Under the pieces are notes generated by a model, which was not told the origin of the DNA, did not search any database, and saw only the letters and a list, made by a program, of their open reading frames with translations. Positions 12,865-24,064 of a stretch of DNA of 64,000 bases are shown here, piece by piece; positions within the stretch are counted from its first letter, which is position 1; each line of letters begins with the position of its first letter. Source of the stretch: Mobula hypostoma (Eukaryota); the NCBI RefSeq assembly GCF_963921235.1, contig NC_086097.1, positions 174,098,001 through 174,162,000 on the forward strand, given 5' to 3'. A program made the position numbers and the translations under genes.

Positions 12865-12959
12865 ATTAATTTAAGTAGAAGTGATGTTGTACAGCTCAGG
12901 AACAGGCCCTTTGGCTAACCACGTCTGTGCTGAACATGATGCCAAGAGATTCTGCAGAT

Positions 12960-13260
12960 ACCACCTCCCCTTGGTGCTGCCCTCCTCTTCTTTCTGCCAT
13001 AGTCCTTTCCTATCAGATTTCTTCATTTCCAGCCCTTTACCTTTCCTCCCTAATACCTTCCAGCTCCTTACTACACCCCTCTCCCTAACCCACCTGGCTT
13101 CACCTATCACCTTTTAGCTTGTTCTCTACCCCCTCAGCTAACCTTGTTATTCTGGCATCTTCCCCTTTCCTTTCCAGTCCTGATGCAGTTTCTCGGCCTG
13201 AAATATCGGCTGTTTATTCGTTTCCATGGATGCTGCCTGATCTGCTGAGTTCTACCAAAT
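12960..13260 (+). mobile_element. PLE 3' tail with degenerate hammerhead
   Basis: Pyrimidine-rich tail, then cagtcCTGATGCagtttctcggcctGAAATATCggctg; same family as 43035-43075. Confidence 0.7.
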
Positions 13261-14603
13261 TTTTGCTAAATTATATCCCTCTATCCCTGCATATTTGTGT
13301 GTTTAACAGCCTCTTAATGTCACTGTCAGATCTGCTTCCACCACCCACACCTTTATTCCCCTCCATAGATACTGCACAACTTTGCTGAATTCCTCCAGTA
13401 TTCTGTGTGTGTTGCTCCTTCCTGCCTCCTTCACCTTAAATGTATGTCTTCAAACATTTGGTACTTCAGCCCGGGGGAAAAAATTCTGACTTGTGTACCT
13501 ATCAATACCTCTTGTAATTTTATAAACTTCTAAAAGGTAAAAATAATAATATTCGGTGTTATTCTTCAGTTTTTTCTCCATCTCCTGTCTCAGGACAGTG
13601 GTGTCAATAACCAGGATAAAAGATACAATATGTTGGAGAAGAGGGGGTTCTTATTAAAGTTCAGATGAAGGTAATAAATAGTATGATTCCTCTTTGGCCA
13701 TTCTGAATGGTCTGACATTCAGTACTGGATAAGGAGACAGTGATCACAAACTCTAAGCGACCAATCCTTTTCACTGGTATTTGTCTCAAACTGAACCAGA
13801 TTGATTGCAGACTTAGAAACATAAAACACAGGCAGTACTGAAGGTGGCACTCTTGAAGGGAGTCAATGACCTAAGTCAGTGATTGTTCATCAGTAATCTA
13901 ATGGAAGGTCAGTGACCTGAAATGTTAACTGTTACTTTCTCCACTTACGCTTCAGGACCATGGTATTTTCTATTTTTATTTGAGTTCTAATATCCACGAT
14001 TTTTGGTTTTTGATGCCAGACTTGATGGACAGCTACATAGATAGGAAAGGTTGAAGATATGGACCAAAAGCTTAATATGGCTGAGTTAGACTGACGGACC
14101 TGTTTCCTTGCTGTATTACTTTGTAATGTTTGACATTGTTGTACTTTCGATCTTGTAGCTATCAATTAATGAGACCATTTATTTCAAGCTCTATAGCAGT
14201 TGTCTGACGCAGCCCTGCTAGTGAAGTCATCTGTTAACTCAAACACAAAACTGAAACTCAGTTAGTTTCTTTCATTCTTTCTAGAATATAAACACATAAT
14301 AGACATACAAGGCTGAATAGTCTTTCATCCTCATTCTATCATTCAATATGATTATGATCGTAACTTGATGGCATTTCCCTGCACTAAATTTATATCCAAA
14401 ACCTCTGTTTTGAAATACTGATGGTTGTGCTGGAAAGCATATTTCCATAACATGAATTGAATATAAGGCAATCAATTAATTACACTTTGTATTATGGAGA
14501 CCAAATTGGTTGTAACACACTTTTGATTGGGAACAAAAGGAACACATAAGTTGACAAGTGAAAGAGTGGGGGAAAGAAAGCAGGAAGAAAAAAGAAGTGT
14601 GGG

Positions 14604-14821
14604 TTTAATAACTCCAAAAGACTGAAGTAGGGTAAATACAGAAAGGCTTTTATTCGCTGTACAATACGACTTCCAAGCTAAGTGTCTGCCCCTGGACTGA
14701 GTGGGAGGGGCAAGGCAAAATCACCTTTATTCAGGGGTCTGTGGGAGGAGCCACGGGGCAGTCAGCAGAGGGGCATGTCCAGACGGTTAACCCAGTTACA
14801 ACATATATATGGTTTACCACA
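14604..14821 (-). repeat. Gypsy 3' LTR
   Basis: Roughly 90% identical by eye to 18774-18993; starts TGTGGTAAACC on minus; preceded by polypurine tract aaaaaaagggaggggtgaa. Confidence 0.95.
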
Positions 14822-14888
14822 TTCACCCCTCCCTTTTTTTAAGAGTCCCACGGAGTGAAGTGACTGACAATATTTACAACAAGTATAT

Positions 14889-15816
14889 TTACAGGTCAAG
14901 TCTATCAGGCGGTCGAGTCCGTCGCTGTGATCGACGTAGCACCGTTGGTGATTGCACCAGCGACAGTGGTTGTGCTGGCTCCGGCCTGACTTGAGGTGTC
15001 AGCACGTTAGGCGTCGGTAATCCCTCGTGCATGTGTGCCGTGCCCGGTATGGGAGTGTCGTGTGGTGTCTGTGTAGGGCTTGGAGTGCGCGGTGTCTGTT
15101 GGGTACATACATCGGTGGGTACGGGGTCAATAGTCACCACGGAGTGTTCAGGGTAGGGGCCCGGTGCTCCTGCGGGCGCCAGGTCGCGGATGGAGACCGT
15201 GTCCTCCTGCCCATCAGGTAAAACCACATAGGCACACGGGGGGTTCACATGAAGTAAGTGAACCCTCTGGACCATCGGGGAGTATTTATTGCTCCTCGCT
15301 GTGTTTCCGGAGCAGCACTGACCCCGGGGACGTCAGCCAAGTTGGTAGGGTGGTCCCAGTGGTTGACTTTCTGGGAAAAGAAAAGAGTCGCTCATGAGGG
15401 GTGGCATTGGTGGACGTGCATAACAGGGAGCGGATGGAGTGGAGTGCCTCGGGAAGGACCTCCTGCCAGCGGGAGACCGGCAGTCCCTTTGACCTGAGGG
15501 CTAAGAGTGTGGCTTTCCACACCGTGGCATTCTCCTTCTCCACCTGTCCATTCCCCCAGGGATTATAGCTCGTGGACCTACTAGTTGCAATTTCCTTAGC
15601 CAGTAGGTATTGGCGCAGCTCGTCACTCATAAACGAGGACCCTCTGTCACTGTGGATACAGCATGGGTATCTGAACAGAGTGAAGAGCTTGCGCAGGGCT
15701 TTTATTACTGACGTGGTAGTGGTGTCGGGGCAGGGGATGGCTAAGGGGAACCACGAGTACTCGTCGATAATGTTAAGAAAGTACACATTGCGATCGGTGG
15801 AGGGAAGGGGGCCCAT
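14889..15816 (-). pseudogene. Gypsy integrase (frameshifted)
   Basis: ORF 15286-15816: IIDEYSWF...IHSDRGSSFMS...YNPWGNGQVE (DDE core); ORF 14889-15275 is the C-terminal part. Confidence 0.9.
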
Positions 15817-15831
15817 AAAGTCAACACTCAG

Positions 15832-17828
15832 TCACTCAAAGGGGCGGGTGGTCTTGATGAGTTGTGCCTTTTTGGGTCGGTAGAAGTGCGGTTTGCACTC
15901 TGCGCTGACTTGGCAGTCCCTGGTCATCATCCTGATCCCCTCAAGGGAGTAAGGCAGGTTCCAGGCTTTCACAAAGTGGAAAAGCTGGGTGACTCCTGGG
16001 TGGCAAAGATCTACATGTAGGGCATATAGCCGGTCGATCTGCGCGCTGGTGCATGTTCCCTGGTATAGGGCATTGGAGGGCTCGTTGAGCTTCCCAGGCC
16101 TGTACATGATGTCATAGTTGAAGGTGGAAAGTTCGATTCTCCACCTCAGAATTTTATCATTTTTGATTTTGCCCCGCTGTTGGTTAATAAACATGAATGC
16201 GACTGAGCGCTGGTCAGTTAGCAGGGTGAACCTTTTGCCGGCGAGATAGTGCCTCCAGTGCCTAATAGCTTCCACTATGGCCTGGGCCTCTTTCTCTACC
16301 GCAGAGTGCCGAATTTCAGGGCCTTGAAGGGTACGGGAGAAGAACGCCACTGGTCTTCCCGCCTGGTTGAGGGTAGCAGCCAGCGCAAAGTCGGAGGCGT
16401 CACTCTCTACTTGGAAGGGAATGGACTCATCCACCGCATGCATTGCTGCTTTGGCAATGTCCCCTTTTATGCGGCTGAAGGCCGCACAGGCCTCAGCTGA
16501 GAGGGGGAATGTGGTGGACTTGACCAGGGGCGGGCCTTGTCTGCATAGTTAGAGACCCATTGGGCGTAATATGAAAAGAAGCCCAGGCACCTTTTGAAGG
16601 CTCTGAGGGTGTTGGGAAGAGTGAGTTCCAACAGGGGGCACATACGGTCGGGGTCAGGGACAATGACTTCATTCTCCACAACACACCCAAGGATAGCAAG
16701 TCGGGTGGTCCCAAACACACACTTGTCCTTGTTATAGGTGAGGTTGAAAGCTTTGGCTGCTTGGAGAAATTTTTGTAGGTTGTTGTCGTGATCCTGGCGG
16801 TCGTGACCACAGATGGTGATGTTATCCAGATAGGGGAACGTGGCCTTCAGTTAGCACTGGTCCACCATCCGGTCCATTGCCCTTTGGAAGACAGATACAC
16901 CATTTGTGACACCGAAGGGGACGCGCAGGAATTGATAAAGCCTGACGTCCGCCTTGAAGGCAGTGTAAGGGCGGTCCTCCCGGTGGATGGGGAGCTGATA
17001 GTAAGCGGATTTTAGGTCTATGGTCGAGTACACCTTGTACTGTGCTATCTGATTGACCATATCCGTGATGCGGGGTAGAGGGTACGCGTCGAGCTGCGTG
17101 AACCTATTGATGGTCCGGCTATAGACCACGACCATCCTATTCTTCTCCCCGTTCCGAACAACCACCACCTGTGCCCTCCAAGGACTTGTGCTTGCCTCAA
17201 TGACCCCCTCCCTGAGCAGCCGCTGCACCTCCGACTTAATGAAAGCTCTGTCCCCCGCGCTGTACCTCCTGCTTTTAGTTGCCACAGGTTTACAGTCGGG
17301 GGTCAGGTTGGCGAACAGCGGTGGGGGAGGGATCCTGAGGGTGGAGAGGCCGCAAGTGGCGTTGGTAGTGTGGCAGTTGGCATGATGTTGGGTGGGAAGT
17401 GCGGGTCGGTGTGTGTGTGTGGTCAGTAGCAGGGTATGTGATGTATCCCTACAAAACTGGGGAATTACGACAGTAATTGGTGGGAAGGGCCCATCATGCT
17501 CCATTGTCATGCTCTGGAAGTCGAGCTCCAACAGCACAGGGGCACACAGTTGAGGCATGACTAGTAATGTAAAGTCTGGATATTCTGTGCCCTGCACCAC
17601 TAGCGTCGCTACACAGCCCCCCCGGATGTCTGTTGTATGCGACCGGGAAGCCATGGTGACCCTCTGACTTACTGGCCATATCATGAGTCCGCAATGCTGC
17701 ACTGTGTCCAGGTGGATAAAACTCTCCGTGCTGCCTGTGTCAAACAGGCAGCTTGTCCTGCGCCCCTCCACCAGGATGTCCATCATTGACCTTGCGAGCT
17801 GGTGGGGGGTGCTTTGTTCGAGGGTCAC
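15832..17828 (-). pseudogene. Gypsy protease-RT-RNase H (stops and frameshifts)
   Basis: LFDTGS protease; IDLKSAYYQ...PFGV; FPYLDNITICG (YLDN at 16821-16832); VESDASDFA...VEKEA...TDQR RNase H; integrase H-H-C-C start. Confidence 0.9.
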
Positions 17829-18070
17829 GGAGGCCAGGGTTGAGTTGCTGTCTTGGTCCGGTGTGGTGGGGTGCCCTTGTGAGCACCTGTTGGTCGTAGG
17901 CGATGGGAGGGGGCACCGACCAAGATGGCCGCCTCCATGTTTCGCACATGGTGGCGGCGTGCAGGAAAGATGGCGGCCTCCATGTCTTGCACGTGGTGGC
18001 GGCGTGCAGGGAAGATGGCGACCCCCATGTCTTGCACGCGGCGCTGCTCGATCCTGCTCACGGTTTGGAC

Positions 18071-18739
18071 TTACAGACCTTGGCGAAGTGGCCCTTCTTT
18101 CTGCAGCTGGAACAGGTAGCTTGTCAAGCCAGGCAGCGTTTCCAGGGGTGCTTCTTGAGTCCGCAGAAGTAGCACTTCGCAGAGTCGCGACTGACAGCAG
18201 CCGAGGTCGATTTGCCGGCGGGTTGCAGGGACTCGCGAAGAGTTGTGCAGAGCGGCCTCCAGCGTGTCGGCCAGCTCGATTGCCGAACTTAAGGTAAGAT
18301 CAACTTTTTCCAACAGCCGCTGGCGCACATACACTGACCTGGTCCCCGTGACAAAGGCATCTCTCACTAGGAGCTCTGCATGCTGTACTGCTGTCAGTTC
18401 TTGGCAATTACAGGCTCGCATGAGCGTCTGTAGGGCCCGGACGAACTCAGCATTTGATTCCTCAGACCGCTGGTCTCGAGTCGCTAAACGATGTCGCGCA
18501 TAGATGCTGTTTATCGGCCGCAGGTATTGTCTGCCGTCATAGCTCGGCTGGTCTCTGATCAGCGAATAGGCCCGTGGACTGACCCTGGAGAGCAGAACTC
18601 TGCGCTTCACTGCGGAGTCGGTCGCTTTAACCTCCTGTAGGTACAATTCAAAGCAGGCCAGCCAGAGTTCGAAAGCATTTCCAGCTTCAGACAATTGCGG
18701 ATTGAGATCTAACTTGTTGGGTCTCAGGGCGTGTTCCAT
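18071..18739 (-). pseudogene. Gypsy gag (frameshifted) with double zinc knuckle
   Basis: ORF MEHALRP...RDAFVTG; a shifted frame gives CYFCGLKKHPWKRC and CSSCRKKGHFAKVC at ~18075-18180. Confidence 0.85.
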
Positions 18740-18764
18740 GCTTTAAAATTACAGCAAATAAAAT

Positions 18765-18993
18765 TGAAGCACCTTCAATAACTCCAAAAGACTGAAGTTG
18801 GGTAAAATACTGAAAGACTTTTATTCGCTGTACAATACGACCTCCATGGTGAGTGTCTGCCCCTGGACTGAGGGGGAGGGGCAAGGCGAAATCACCTTTA
18901 TTCAGGGATCTGTGGGAGGAGCCACAGGGGCAGTCAGCAGAGGGACGTGTCCAGACAGTTAACACAGTTACAACATATATTTGGTTTACCACA
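18765..18993 (-). repeat. Gypsy 5' LTR
   Basis: TG...CA on minus if read to 18765. Homology to the 3' LTR stops at 18774. Contains AATAAA boxes at 18897-18902 and 18820-18825 and TCAGT at 18867-18871. Confidence 0.9.
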
Positions 18994-19484
18994 GTGGGCA
19001 TTGGGGATGAGAGTCTGTTTCCATGTAAACTGTAACCTCTCTGCAGTAATCAGATACCCTTGTCTTTTAAGAAAACAGACTACTAGTTTCACCCCAGGAA
19101 GCCAATGGAAATTGACAGATAATTGTTTATTGATATTTGTGCAAGGAGATTTTATTATACAATATAATATTTGGCCTTTAATATTTAACAAAACAAACAC
19201 CTACTTTAAATAAACAAAATGCCTCAGCAGGTCAGGCAGCACCTATGACCTGATGAAGGGCCTTGGCCTGTTAATTCCTCATCATAGATGCTGCCTGACC
19301 TACTGAGTTTTTCAGAATTTTGTGTTTGTTGCTCAGGATTTCCAGTACACGTAGAATCTCTTGTGTTTATTTAAAAGCTGTGTGGAAAATTAACTTTGCC
19401 ACCACAGATCTGAAATTCTAGACCTGAACCCCCTTTTTCCTAAAAAAAAAAGGATCTAGTGCTTTTCTGGCGTGTACGTTGAAT

Positions 19485-19895
19485 AAATGTTTCTTGGGCT
19501 TCCAGCCAATACATGTATCGATTATAACCTATGTTTCAATGACAAATTCTGTGATCTTCATCAGGGATGATGCCTGGGCATGTCTAGTCTGGTGGCATAT
19601 TACGTCCCTGCTGATTTGTTAGTCCTCATCCAATCAGGCTTCCGCTTTCCCACCTTGTTTAAAATTGAATTCAAGTTCTTACTTAGAGCAAGACCTTTGT
19701 CTTTGTTAAAATTCTTTAAAATTTAAAACAAAGGTTTCGCTCCAAGTAAGAACTGGAATGCAATTGTAAACAAGGTGGGAGAGCAGAAACCTGATTGGTT
19801 GAGGACTAACCGTCAGGAGGGACGGACTACGGGGGGGGGGGGGGGGCCAGGCATATTAATACCACTGAACTAGACATGTCCAGGGATCATTCCAA
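19485..19895. mobile_element. Inverted (fold-back) PLE remnant of the 5419-5830 family
   Basis: 19565-19710 matches the reverse complement of 19725-19892; hammerhead-like motif on minus at 19530-19564. Confidence 0.75.
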
Positions 19896-20071
19896 ATCTC
19901 CAAATTCATTATTAGCATAAGTGAACCAGTGTTTGGTAAAATCTTAGATGGCGATGAGGAGTACAATAGATTGGCTGGTTGAATGGTGTTGCAACGACAA
20001 TCTCACACTCAATATCAGCAAGACCAAGGAGTTGGTCATGGACTTTAGGAAGGGGCTGAGAAGTGGCAAAT

Positions 20072-21400
20072 TAGATTAGATTAGATTCAACTTTATTGTC
20101 ATTGTGCCAAGTACAGATACAAAACCAATGAAATGCAGTTAGCATCTGACCAGAAATACAAAGAATAGTATTATTTACAAAGTAACTGTGAATAAAAAGT
20201 AAGTGCTACAGCACACAAATATAGAGGTACTGAGACAGTACAATATAGGTGCAATACTGCTTAGCGCTGTGATGTGAGGTTCAGCAGGGTCACAGCCTCA
20301 GGAAAGAAGCTCTTCCTGTGCTTGCTGGTGCAGGAGCGGAGGCTCCTGTAGCGCCTGGTGTGCATGCGCTGATCGTGCATGCAGCCTGTTACAGCCGTTC
20401 CGACAAGTATTCTTACTTTTTTAATTTATGTTTTTTTTTCACGGTAACACGTTGAAGCTGCACCCTCTCTAACATGCTGGTTGAGAGAATTTTATTTGGG
20501 TTTTTAGCGCTGGAAATAGTTACATGCCGACACGTCTCATTAGCGGGACAGAAGCATGGTTGCATTGTTTATTCCAGGGACCAGCTGATTGAGTTTATGC
20601 CGGCCGGTTTAGTGAGCAGAGCGGCGGACACCCCTGTTGAAATCTGGAGGAAAACACACAGAGGATGCAGAGGGTGGTCTCAAAGGCGAGGAAGGAGGAC
20701 TGGGTTGAGACAACAGAGACTTATGGAGAAGAGGAGTTCGGTGGGTAATAAAATGGACGAGTTCACGGCGCTAGCCAGGCGTCAGAGAACATTTCAGGAG
20801 TGCAGTGTTATGTGTTTTACTGGAATGGGGCTGCACAAGGACATACCCGATCAAATCTTTTCCATGGAGGACTTCCAGACCGTTCGGGCTGACCGGAAGT
20901 GCACTGAGAGTGGTAAGTGTAAAGGGGTTGGGTGTTAACAACGGATGGTGCAATCCGGGTTATATTACGATCGAGGAATGTGTTTGTAGACCGGATATTG
21001 AATTTTTTGCTATATTCCACCGAGATACAACACTGGGCGTCACGGGAGGTTGTTCCTGCCTGTGGCCATCGAACTTGCAGCTCCTCCCGTGGAGGGTCAG
21101 ACACCCTGAGCCAATAGGCTGGTCCTGGACTTATTTCCATCTGGCATAGTTTGCATTTTGTTTTTTGATTGTTTGTGGTTTTTGTATTGCTATATTTATG
21201 CTCTATTCTTGGTTGGTGCGGCTGTAACAAAACCCAATTTCCCTCGGGATCAATGAAGTATATCTATCTATCTGTGTATCTATCTATCTATCCACCGGAT
21301 GGGAGGAGAGTAAAAAGTCCATGGTTAGGGTGAGATGCATCCTTGATAATTTTTTTGCCCTGCCCAGGCAGTGTTTATAGTAGATGTTCTTCATGGTGGG
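20072..21400. mobile_element. Nested Rex1/Babar pieces (minus 3' end plus plus-strand endonuclease fragment with tatc tail)
   Basis: ttagattagattaga tail at 20071; ORF 20474-20938 (IVYSRDQL...SVGNKMDE...VMCFT) is APE-like; (tatc)n at 21260-21292. Confidence 0.65.
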
Positions 21401-21429
21401 CTATTGGGTGCTGATAATCCGCTGGGATT

Positions 21430-22170
21430 AAAAAATGTGAATTGCCACATTTTGGAAGGTTCACGATGGCAAAGTACGAAGTCAATTGTAGAATTCTTAG
21501 AAGTGTGGAGAAACAGGGATCTTGGGAACCATTTCCTTAGATCCCTCAAAGTTGCTGAATAAGTTAATAGAATAAGTTAATACGAAGACGTGATGTAATG
21601 ACATTCATTAGTTAGGGAATTGAATTCATGATGTAATGTTGCAGCTCTATGAAATCTTGGTTAGACCACACATGGAGTTTTGTGTTCAGTACTGGTCACC
21701 TCACTATAGGAAGGATGTAGAAGTATGGAGAGGCTGCAGAGATTAATTACCAGGATGCTGCTTGGATTAGAGAATATATCTTATGAGGAAAGGTTGAGTG
21801 AGCTGTTTGCAAAGGAGGATGAGAAGTGACTTAATAGAGGTATAAAAGATGATAAGAGTCACAGATAAAGTGGAGATCCAGCTCGTTTTCCTAGGGCAGC
21901 AATGGCTAATATCAAAGGACATCCTTTTAAGGTGATTGGAGGAAGGTTAAGGGGAAATGTCAGCGGTAGTTTTTCTTACACTCCAGGGATGGTGGGTGAG
22001 GCTGATACATTAGGGACATTTAGGAGACTAATTTAAAAGGGACATGGATGAAAGAAAAATGGATGGTTATGAGCTCTGTGGGAGGGAAGGGTTAGATTAA
22101 TATTGGAGTAGGTCAAAAGGTTGGCACAACATTGTGGGTCGTAGGTCCTGTACAGTGCTGTACTGTTCTA
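21430..22170 (+). mobile_element. CR1 LINE 3' fragment
   Basis: LVRPHMEFCVQYWSPHYRKD-like coding; CR1 3' UTR ending ctgtactgttcta. Confidence 0.8.
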
Positions 22171-23214
22171 TACTAGATTGCCGCTTTATTAGGTACCGTC
22201 AAGGTTCGATGTGTTGTGCATTCAGAGATGCTCTTCTGCACATCACTGTTGTGGTGTATGGTCACCTGAGGAACTGTCACCTTTCTGTCAGTTTAAATCA
22301 ATCTGGTCATTCGCCTCTGACCAAGTTTCTTAAAAATGTGTTTTTGCCCACAGAACTACTGCTCACTATATGTTTTTTGCACCATTCTCTTTAAATTCTA
22401 ATGGCTGATGTGCATGAAAATCCCAGGGGATCAGTAGTTTCTAAGATACTTAAATCAGCTTGACTGGCACCAACAATGGTCAAAGTCACTTGGATCACAT
22501 GTTTTCCCCATTCTGATATTTGGCCTGATGGATTGCTCTGGGTGCCAAGCCAATTCAGGAAAAATCAAGTGCAGCTTCGGGCTGGGTGGTAAAATCTGTG
22601 CCTGGAGTGAGCGCTGGGTGTTGTGGTCTAGGCCCAGAGCCTTTCACTGCAGTGGTGCCCGAGTCCTAATGTGAGGTACGATACGCTGTTTCGACAATTT
22701 AAGTGCCAGCCCCAATAGACTGGAAAGACAGGGTGTCAGGATCAGCAGCAAGAACTGATGTTGCTCGCTCTGCCGTGATGTTCATTCCTCCCTCCGTGGT
22801 GCTGAGGCTATGAAGACTGCCGCAGCTGCTGTGCTCTGTGCCAACTAATATGATGAACCGAGACTTTGGGCATACTCTGGGCTGCTCTGGGTTTCGGATC
22901 TAAGACCTCATTTTGGTGTGGAATGTTGTTGCTTGCTTCTATTGTTTGCATGACTTGTGCTTCCTGCCCCCCTCCCCTTTCTCTGCATCACGTGTTGGTT
23001 TTTTTTTAAAGTTGGGTTCTTTTGGGTTTTTTGCTTTGTGGTTGTCTGAAAGCAAACAAATCTCAAGGTTGTGTAATTATACATTCTTTGATAATGAATG
23101 TACTTTGAAACTGAACTTCTTGATCATGTCTGCATGCTTTTATGCACTAAGTTGCTGCTATATGATTGATTAGATATTTGCGAGCAGGTGTACCTAATAA
23201 AGTGGCCACTAGTG
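22171..23214. mobile_element. Non-autonomous Tc1/mariner element with internal insertion
   Basis: Imperfect TIRs tactagattgccgctttattaggtac / gtacctaataaagtggccactagtg, flanked by TA. Confidence 0.7.
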
Positions 23215-23550
23215 TATAATCTACATATGTGGTGTGCTCTCTGACTGGTGTGGAGGCCTCAGTGCACAGGATTGCAGGATGCTGCTGAGACTAGTAGACT
23301 CTGATAGCTCGATCACGAACATAACCTTCCCCACCATTAAGGACATCTTCAAGAGGCAGAGCCTCAAGAAGGTAAGGACCCTCCTTAGCTAGGTACGTGC
23401 TCTCTTTTTGTTGCCACTGTCAGGGAGGAAGTTCAGGAATATGAAGACCCGCACTCAGTGGCTCAGAAACAGTTTCTTCCCCTGCGCCATCAGATTTCTG
23501 AAAAGTCCATGAACACTTTCTTTCCTATTCTCAATTTATTCATTTTGATC

Positions 23551-23740
23551 ATTAGTTCCCCTCTGCACCTTGTGGCACATCGGGTGGGCACCCTTGCTGT
23601 TTCTTTAGTATTTGTCTTTTTTTTTAATGAGGCTGAGTTGCTAGTTTGATGCTTGGCCCAGCATGGATGGAAAGTGTGCAAGGAACTGGCGAGGTTCAAA
23701 CCCAGGATTTGATGTCTAGTGCAGATGCCACTATACCACG
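23551..23740 (-). mobile_element. Short tRNA-derived SINE inside a Rex 3' fragment (23220-23850)
   Basis: Minus strand has A box gtggtatagtgg and B-box-like gggtttgaacc. Confidence 0.5.
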
Positions 23741-24064
23741 ATTATAATTATTTTGTAATTTATGGTAATATTATGCCTTTGAACTCTACTGCTGCTGCAG
23801 AGCAACAAATTTCACATCATAAAAGGTGGTGATAATATACCTAATTCTGATTCCCACCAAGCATCCCAGCATGAGCCCTTAATTATGTTCAGCTAGACTT
23901 GCTGGTTGGATCACATCCTCCTGCCTACTTCAAACCGCTTGGTTGATGTGGCATGAAATCTCTATGAGAATAAAAGTACAATTCGAGGATGTTCTCAAAG
24001 ATTCTGATTTGCCTATTGGCCCACGACTGCCCAGAATGGAGAATAAACATTTGTGATGGCACTG

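Larger units (their letters stand above)
14604..18993 (-). mobile_element. Full-length Ty3/Gypsy LTR retrotransposon (frameshifted), 5-bp TSD
   Basis: Direct LTRs 14604-14821 and ~18765/18774-18993; TSD gtggg at 14599-14603 and 18994-18998; PPT at 14822-14840; gag-PR-RT-RH-IN order. Confidence 0.95.

Noticed and set aside
13594..13670. Exon-like segment with good splice sites
   Set aside because: Stops in all three frames, so not called coding; a UTR or poison exon cannot be excluded.
17683..18297. 204-aa plus-strand ORF
   Set aside because: Antisense shadow of GC-rich Gypsy gag and its 45-bp repeat.
19830..19846. Poly-G run
   Set aside because: Homopolymer inside a PLE remnant; no evidence of function.
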